From positions 3,906,001 through 3,970,000 of the forward strand of contig OZ024747.1 of NCBI GenBank assembly GCA_964016885.1: a stretch of DNA of 64,000 nucleotides, in the 5' to 3' direction. Position numbers and translations under genes: made by a program. The notes under the pieces were generated by a model. That model was not told where the DNA came from, ran no database searches, and saw nothing but the letters and a program-made list of their open reading frames with translations. Below, one piece after another: positions 54,701 through 64,000 of this stretch (position 1 is the first letter of the stretch; every line of letters starts with the position of its first letter). The DNA comes from Eledone cirrhosa. Its lineage: Eukaryota.

Positions 54701-54889
54701 AATTTATTCATTCCTTAACTTGTTTTTAAGAAAATATCTCAGGTATAAAAAATTGGTTCTGAAAGTGTTCAGAAACAAGACAAATGTTTTGTGTTAGGTT
54801 CAATTAGAAGTAGCTGAATTCTTTCAAGGAATTTCAATGAGGAAATTTCGATGGTGTTTCCAATATTATCCCAAACACAAACTTACAAG

Positions 54890-55266
54890 AATAATAATAA
54901 TAATAATAACAATCCTACCAACACAACCACCATGAATAACAATAATAATTGTAGTAGCAACAATAACATCAACAAGGAAAACAATAGCACTGAAAGCAAC
55001 AACAATGGTTATAACAACAGCAGCAACAACAACAACAACAATAGTTATAACAATACTTATAACAATAGTTATAACAATAGTTATAACAACAGAAACAACA
55101 ACAACAATAGTTATAACAACAGAAACAACAACAACAATAGTTATAACAACAGAAACAACAACAACAATAGTTATAACAACAGCAACAACAACAACAATAG
55201 TTATAACAACACATCAGCAACAACAACAACAACAATAGTTATAACAACAGCAACAACAACAACAAT
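54890..55266. repeat. (AAT)n/(AAC)n repeat with AATAGTTATAAC units
   Basis: Directly visible. Confidence 0.85.
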
Positions 55267-55810
55267 ACTATTGATATTAATGGTTCCTTGATTATTCGGA
55301 CACAAAAAAAAAATGACGAAAACATTTAAGAAAGAATAAAGAAACTAAAAATTAATAAAAGTTTTGGAGATTTTTATATTTTTGTCTTTTTGGAAGTTCT
55401 TTATATATATTTATATATGCTTGGCTGACTTATTGACTGGTTGGTGGGTTGGTGGACTGGTTGGTGGGTTGGTGGACTGGTTGGTGGGTTGGTGGACTGG
55501 TTGGTGGGTGGTGGGTTGGTTGGCTAGTACAGGGGAAAGTGGTGGCGGGGGAGTATTATCTAATAAAAAAACGACTAAGAATAGAAAGAGAAAAAAAGTC
55601 TTCGTAAAGAAATCATAAAAGAATGCTTGAAGCATGTAATAATGGCATATACAAACAGTTATTAATTGAATCTAGACCTTTGTGCTCAAAAATGAAATTA
55701 ATATAGTTGATTTTATAAATGTATGTATATTTATGTATATATATATATATATATGAGTTTGCATATATATATATATGAAAAACTATTCACATATGCACAT
55801 GCACACACAC

Positions 55811-55843
<33 letters not shown>

Positions 55844-56892
55844 AACGTGTGTGTGTGCATATGTGTAGAGTTTTCCATTTTAGCCATTGTCTCCCTTCAT
55901 TGCTTGCAATTGCAATCCCAGTGAGATCCAGGTTGTGTCGAATGGAAAAAACAAATTTAGGAACATCCTTTTTCCTGGTTTCAGTTATATATTTATGAAT
56001 TCATTCCTTTTTTTTTTAGTGGGATGGTTTGCGTTATTTTCCTTGCAGCGATCATTGCTGAGACTGAACTGAATTATTTTGATTAAGTTGCCGTTTGCAA
56101 ATAGAGTTCATATTTTTGTTATTACTATATGATATGATATAGCATGCCTTGTTTGTTTGTATGGTTGTATGTTAGTTATCTATTTGTTATTTATGTATTC
56201 AATTTAGACGTCCATATAGAGCTAGTAAGCCATGACAGACCAGTGTATGTATCAGGTACTCCTTACAGTTGGTAATCAAAAAGAGCTAGTGAGACAAGTA
56301 ATGAAAAAAAAAATAATAATTAAAAAGAGAGGGGGGAAAAATAACATAACATAAAATAAAAATAAAAAATGTTAAATATTGGAGGCCAATGGGAGGTAGA
56401 TTATATTGTTGACAGTTACACATATTACTGTCACATGACCATATTTATAATTCTAATATATAAAAAAATAGATAAACTCCCCCTCACCACTTCATTTGAC
56501 ACTTTGTACACTGTTTAAAATAATTTGATATTTTCATTACAGAATTCAGTGACAAAACCCAAATATCACATGTGATACAACACAGAAATCAATATATAAT
56601 CGTTGCTAATGTCCTTTAGACCCCATATATATTTTCTAACCATCCATTTTATATTTTATTGCAAGAGATTTGCATCTCCTTGGTACTTTTTTAATATGTA
56701 TTTATATATAGATTATTTTTTTCTTTTCTAGTTTTTTTATCATTATAATCTTTAAAGCGACTATGGACCACACTTAAGCTCTCACACACACATATACACA
56801 GATATATAAATACATGTATGTACATATATATACATACACATATCTACCTATCTAACTATTTATCTATGAATCTATAAAATACTCAGTAAGCA

Positions 56893-56928
<36 letters not shown>

Positions 56929-57005
56929 GTAATGTATATACATATATATATATATAATGTAATATATATATATATATATATATGTGTGTATATATATATA
57001 ATGTA

Positions 57006-57036
<31 letters not shown>

Positions 57037-57183
57037 ATGTAATGTATATACATATATATATATATAATGTAATATATATATATATATGTGTATATATATA
57101 TAATGTAATATATATACATATATATGTATATATATATAATGTGATATATATATACATATATATGTATATATATATATAATGTA

Positions 57184-57232
<49 letters not shown>

Positions 57233-57461
57233 AATGTGTGTTTATATGTATGTACATATATATATGTGTGTGTTTATATGTATGCATATGTATAATTATA
57301 TGTTTGTATACGTATGTATATGTATGTATATATGTGTATGTATGGGCCTACATATATGTATATATATGATTGGTATTTCTATATAGATATATCTGTAAAT
57401 AGGAATGAATTTGTAGATACAGGAAGTACATATATCTTCATCTAGCTTTCTCATACATATA

Positions 57462-57760
57462 AACATACATACAAACACATATATGTATACATACAAACAC
57501 ATATATGTATACATACAAATACATATATGTATACATACAAACACATATATGTATACATACAAACACATATATGTATACATACAAACACATATATGTATAC
57601 ATACAAACACATATATGTATACATACAAACACATATATGTATACATACAAACACATATATGTATACATACAAACAAATATATGTATACATACAAACACAT
57701 ATATGTATACATACAAACACATATATGTATACATACAAACACATATATGTATACATACAT
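57462..57760. repeat. 22-bp minisatellite (ACATACAAACACATATATGTAT)n, about 13 copies
   Basis: Directly visible. Confidence 0.92.
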
Positions 57761-57833
57761 ATATTTATGGATATATTTGGTATCTACTATCTCTAAATCT
57801 TTCCCTAGATATGTGAGTACTTATAGTCCCTAT

Positions 57834-57876
<43 letters not shown>

Positions 57877-58015
57877 TATATAGAGAGAGAGAATTTATAT
57901 TAGTATAACTGTATCTTTCTCTCTCTGTAAGTATTTATATATACATATATATATATATATATCATCATCACCATCAACGTTTTTATGTCCGTTTTTCCAG
58001 GCTTGCATGGGTTGG

Positions 58016-58054
<39 letters not shown>

Positions 58055-58599
58055 CTTATACATACATATACAGACATATACACACACACCCACACACACA
58101 CACACACACATATACATATATATATATATATATATTGAGAGTCAGGGAGGGGAAAATACATATATAACGTTCTTGAGCAGTAAAAATTTTTTGTGAAAAA
58201 TTTTATATTGCTGATATACACATTCTCACATTTACACATTCACTCACACATGTACACACACATACACCTCCATATATATAGACCTATGTATGTATATATA
58301 TATATGAGGGAGTGAGGAGACTGAGATAAAAACTAAACCAAGCAATAAATCTACAACCCAAGTAGCAAGGTAGAGATGGAAAAAAAAATCAATAATCCCT
58401 TCTTACGTTATGAATTTTTTATACCATTCTTTTACACAGACAAAACCAGAATGCTTCTTTAGCAACGGAAAAAAAAAGAAGAGTATTATAATAAATAAAT
58501 AAACAAAGATTAACCTAGATATATTTATTTTGATTGTTGTTGTTGTTGTTGTTGTTGTTCTTGTTGTAGTAGCTGCTATCATTATTATTATCATCATCA

Positions 58600-58636
<37 letters not shown>

Positions 58637-58727
58637 GCATATATATATATATTTATATATGTAAATATGTGAATTTATATCTATTTACACATTTATATAT
58701 ACTTATATATGTGAGTGTATGCACATG

Positions 58728-58783
<56 letters not shown>

Positions 58784-58948
58784 TACACACATATATATAC
58801 ATATACATATGTATATATATATATATATATATAAATACATATACATATTCACACACACACACATATATATATATGCATATATATATATATATATTTATAT
58901 ATATACATACATACATATATACATATACATGCACACACACATATAGAT

Positions 58949-58980
<32 letters not shown>

Positions 58981-59588
58981 TCCCTGTTCATGTAAACAAG
59001 AAGATATAATGCCAGAAGGGAGGCAGTGACCATAGTAACGAGATTTTCAACTCTGAAAAATTATGTACACTCATACAAACTTACATATACTCACACTAAC
59101 ATAAACATAGTTAAATAGAGAAACACACACATGCACACACTTGCATGATGCACACAAGGAATCTATGTAAAGCACACATGCACACACTAGCAGGCAAAAA
59201 AAAAATGGTGAAAAAATTACATTATTGTTAAAACCATGAAGCATTTCTTATAAACAGACATCAGTTTTCAGATATTGTTGTTGTTACAGTTGTTGTTGTT
59301 GTTAGTGCTGCTGAATTTTCTTTCCCTTATTTTTTTTTCAGATAGTATGTATTATATTTTCCTCTTATATATATATTTTTGATATTTTGTTATTTATTTA
59401 TTATCTATTTTATAATTTTATTTGTTTTTATTATTATTATTATTTTTTTGGTCACCATTTCTTATTTTTTCCTCTCTTATTACTAAAGAATTATATATCT
59501 ATCTTTATATCTTTATATATCTCCCATTTATCTCACACTCACTCTGTCAGTATATCTTGTTAAATACATCTGTATTTTACACACGTAG

Positions 59589-59633
<45 letters not shown>

Positions 59634-59847
59634 TTATATATATGTATAAGTATATGTGTGTGTATATATGTAAATATATATGTATGTATATATATGTATA
59701 TATATATATGTATGTATATGTATAAGTATATGTGTGTAAATGTATGTATATGTATGTATATAAGTATATGTGTATAGATTTATATATATGTATATATATA
59801 TATATGTATGTATATATGTATATATACAAATATATATATGTATATAT

Positions 59848-59882
<35 letters not shown>

Positions 59883-60241
59883 TATATATTTATGTATATA
59901 TATATAAAATCACAATGACATATGACTCTTTTCATAAGAGACCAGATACATACTGACATATTTGTGTATGTGTATTCAAATATGCGTAGATATGAGAAAC
60001 AGACTCACACACACATGTATATATACATTGACAAGTGGTGAGATGCTGTGCTGAAAAGGACCTGTCCAACCCATGAAATCATGGAAAAATGGATGTACAA
60101 ATGGCGATGACTATGATGATGGCACTCATACAAAACTTATATATGCATACATGTTGATATATATATATATTTACACACAAAAACAAGATGGTGTAGGACA
60201 GAACAAAGGAGAGGCACAAAAAACAAAGAAAAGAATCCCCA

Positions 60242-60284
60242 GTCACTGAAGAGGTCACAGAATGTGTGACGAAAGAACTTTGAC
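60242..60284 (+). ncRNA. Minimal type I hammerhead in a PLE-type terminus (60240-60445)
   Basis: GTCA-CTGAAGA-g-GTCAC-agaatgt-GTGAC-GAAA-gaac-TT-TGAC, with perfect stems I and II. Confidence 0.75.
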
Positions 60285-60494
60285 AATATATAAACAACCA
60301 TCTGATTGTGGAACCAACCAACGAACCAACCGGAAATTTATAAATTCCTAAATTTATAAATTTATTATAATAAATTGAAGTGAAAGCAACTGGTGCATGT
60401 GTTTCTTATTGGCAACATGACCCTCCCAAAGTATAACAATATCGGTTTCAACACACGTTTTCAGATAATCTTGCTAAACAAATTCAGAAACGAA

Positions 60495-60519
<25 letters not shown>

Positions 60520-60526
<7 letters not shown>

Positions 60527-61250
60527 GTGAGGTTTTTTTTACAAAATAAAAAATAACCGAGGTGTCCTACACAAGTGAAAGTATAAAGAAAAAAAGATGA
60601 AATCCAAAATGCAACTGGAGTCTTATTTAAAAAAAAATATATATATATATTTATTTGGTTCCTTTACCGGTTTCGCAGTTCTTCTGCTTTTCAAAAGTAG
60701 AGTTGAGATATAGGGTCTGTGGTTTTTCTCACATCTGGTTGGTCTTTGAATGTTACTTGTTTTATATTGAAAAAAGTGGCTCGAAATGCCAGGTTTTTAG
60801 AGAAGCAATTTGATTGGTTGGTCAATAAGTATAATAAATTTTGCGCCAGTTCGTGTTACAAAGTTCTTCAAACAATGGGGGGGGGGGTCAGGTTGTTTTT
60901 TCATATATGAGTGTTTGAATTTCTTTTTACTTAAAAAAAGGGGCTCACGAAGGCATTTTTTTAATAAATGTAATTTGATTGGTTATAAATGAAATTACGG
61001 CTGACACGTGAACAACTTCATTAAATTTCGCACCCGTATTTGGCAATTTATTTTGTAGCCTTTTAGAGAATTTTATGACAAACAAAACATAATGGTCAAA
61101 TGAAATGAGATGGGAGAATTCTCTGGTTCAGTGAATATAGCAGGTTGTTTTTCATATATGAGTGAAGTTTGTTTGGTTGACGTAGTCACGTGAATAAGTA
61201 TATCAGCTTTCACGTAAGTTTGTTTGAATTTCTTTTTACTTAAAAAAAAA
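60520..61250 (-). mobile_element. PLE-type terminal repeat with hammerhead, AATAAA, CCAAT/E-box motifs and an internal duplication
   Basis: Hammerhead at 60662-60697. CAGGTTGTTTTTCATATATGAGTG and TTTGAATTTCTTTTTACTTAAAAAAA each occur twice. (TA)n on both sides. Confidence 0.65.
60662..60697 (-). ncRNA. Minimal hammerhead, U3-A8 variant
   Basis: CTT-TTGAAAA-GCAG-aagaa-CTGC-GAAA-CCGG-TA-AAG. Confidence 0.75.
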
Positions 61251-61317
<67 letters not shown>

Positions 61318-61323
61318 CATATG

Positions 61324-61369
<46 letters not shown>

Positions 61370-61572
61370 CATATATATATATATACATATATATATATAC
61401 ATATATATATATATACATATATATATATACATATATATATATACATATATATATACATATATATATATACATATATATATATACATATATATATATACAT
61501 ATATATATACATATATATACATATATATATATACATATATATATACATATATATATATACATATATATATAC

Positions 61573-61625
<53 letters not shown>

Positions 61626-61673
61626 CATATATATATATACATATATATATATACATATATATATATACATATA

Positions 61674-61707
<34 letters not shown>

Positions 61708-61744
61708 CATATATATATATACATATATGTATATATATATATTA

Positions 61745-61915
61745 GAAAGTTTATCTCAGGTTCAATCGGGGGTAACCACAGTAAGTAAAGTACTCAATAC
61801 AATACAGAGCAGGCTTCTACAGGACTAGAACTGTTTAATTCTGGAGAAATCGTCAGGAAGCTTCCTTATGATTTCTCCCGAATGAAACAGTTCTAGTCCT
61901 GTAGAAGCCTTTCTA
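61745..61915 (-). mobile_element. Fold-back mini-PLE with 50-bp arms and its axis at the 5' edge of hammerhead stem I
   Basis: Palindrome 61811-61910 centred on AAG|CTT. Combining the arms gives GCTTC-CTGACGA...GAAACAG...CTGTA-GAAGC; each arm has a different core mutation. Confidence 0.85.
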
Positions 61916-61931
61916 TATATATATATATAGT

Positions 61932-61962
<31 letters not shown>

Positions 61963-61997
61963 ATATTTATATATATATTTATATTTATATATATATT

Positions 61998-62028
<31 letters not shown>

Positions 62029-62045
62029 ATATTTATATATATATT

Positions 62046-62123
<78 letters not shown>

Positions 62124-62139
62124 TATATATATATATATT

Positions 62140-62215
<76 letters not shown>

Positions 62216-62219
<4 letters not shown>

Positions 62220-62784
62220 AGATGTGTAGAATGAAGGGAAGAGTATAAAGGATAAAATAGAAATAACAACACAAGAGAGAGTTACCTTGGGAGAGATTTA
62301 ATAGTCCCTATATATTTCGGATTCACATCCATCAACTGGGGTTTTTTTCCGGGGTGGGGGAAAAGGTTGTCTGTCGGACAAGTCCGGATCGCGTCCTTCG
62401 CTGTTTGTTGTTATATTCAAAACAACAAACAGCGAAGGACGCATTCCGGACTTGTCCGACAGACAACCTTTTCCCCCACCCCGGAAAAAAACCCCAGTTG
62501 ATGGATGTGAATCCGAAATATATAGGGACTATTAAATCTCTCCCAAGGTGACTCTCTCTTGTGTTGTTATTTCTATTTTATCCTTTATACTCTTCCCTTC
62601 ATTCTACACATCTCACACATCTTATACACACCACGCATCTCAACGTACACCCACTTACATCTCTCTCTCCACCACCGGACCTTGTTACCCGGAGATTTAC
62701 CCATTTGCATTGTCGAGGCTTCCAAACGACTTAAAGATATTTACTTATTGTTCCACAATGCTTCAAGCAAACTTCAATACTCTC
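62216..62784 (+). mobile_element. Fold-back mini-PLE with 197-bp arms and an atypical hammerhead-like motif
   Basis: Inverted repeat 62216-62617 with loop 62413-62420. CCC-CAGTTGA-t-GGAT-gtga-ATCC-GAAA-TATA-TA-GGG at 62492-62527. (TA)n on both sides. Confidence 0.85.
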
Positions 62785-62822
62785 ATATATATATATTTAT
62801 ATATATATATATATTTATATAA

Positions 62823-62966
<144 letters not shown>

Positions 62967-62993
62967 ATTTATATATATATATATTTATATATT

Positions 62994-63061
<68 letters not shown>

Positions 63062-64000
63062 GAGAAAGAAAGAGTAATAGAGGTATAGAAAAAGAGGTAT
63101 ATTGAGTGTTACATGTATATATATAGATTAATATATTTGTGAGTTTGTGCATGCATGCATCCACCTTTTAAAAAACACCTAAAGTGCTGCAGCTTAACAT
63201 TTCAGTTGTTGAAGATCAATAGAATGAATACTGATTCAACCTAAAGGTTATATTGGTATCAGTAAAGGCATCTAGTCATAGTAGGCTGATTTAACTCTTT
63301 TGTACCAAATCTATTACATAATACTTCACTTCTTCTTTGCCCACTTACTCCTGGAATCTTTGACAGGGCAGAGTCCTGAAACACTCCTTTCATTGGGTCC
63401 TGTCTGAAGCAACCATCTCCAATTGATCTGGCTGGATCACCAAGGATGACCAGCCATGCTTATGGATGTTATCCAGCCACCTTATTAAGGGTTTACCTCT
63501 TACCCCATGCGGGGATATTGTGTATCTATCTGCTCCTCATCATCATCATCATCTATACATGCTGGTTTTAGTTGTTCTAGAGGATTTCAGGCAGTTTATT
63601 GCAGCCAGATTCCTTTCCTGATTTCAAGCCTTCCTTGTTTCTCTTGTAAGTTACTTATTTCCCTGGATTTCATACATTCAGCTGCTGAGCTACAAGGTAC
63701 ATAGTTTATGAGGAACATAAACACTGCAAATATGGTTGGTGTTTGGAATGTCATCCAACCAAAGAGACAGTTCTGTATGATTAAGACACAATCACCTGAT
63801 CTAACTTGTCTCACAATGGAACAACTGTGGAAAAATGTACGTTAAACAGTGATTGTGATATTGATGATAGAAAAACTTCACCATCTGCTCCATTGGTTTC
63901 AAATACAAATATATGCAAATAAACATTCATGTATCTCCAATGTCATTCTAATGCCACCTGTCTTTCATCATGTCCCTTGGCAAAGAACATGTAGCCTCCC

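Noticed and set aside
54851-55291. Asn-rich 146-aa ORF
   Set aside because: Explained by (AAT)/(AAC) repeats; no splice or domain support.

Overview
AT-rich, microsatellite-saturated animal DNA. A cephalopod, probably octopus, is inferred from the SINE motifs and the extreme (TA)n/(TACA)n density; this is not proven. Almost all ORFs in the supplied track are microsatellite artefacts. Host coding content is limited to two spliced terminal exons (1610-1757 and 1929-2227, +) and one possible terminal exon (25854-25953, -). The rest is transposon debris: tRNA-derived SINEs, three RTE-type LINE lineages, CR1/Jockey-type fragments, two R4/Dong-type 3' ends in microsatellites, piggyBac- and hAT-like MITEs, a 35-copy 61-bp SINE-derived satellite, and four Penelope-like (PLE) GIY-YIG remnants. 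The most striking signal is about 15 short non-coding fold-back (palindromic) elements from roughly 10 apparent families. Most sit in (TA)n tracts and share one design: an inverted arm, a fold axis, a minimal type I hammerhead ribozyme (usually with a palindromic stem III loop and often a variant core), then a single-copy tail that often carries a GAGYRCT motif. A GIY-YIG C-terminus followed by such a hammerhead at 5367-6091 ties them to PLEs. All structures and coordinates were read by eye; no folding or database search was run.
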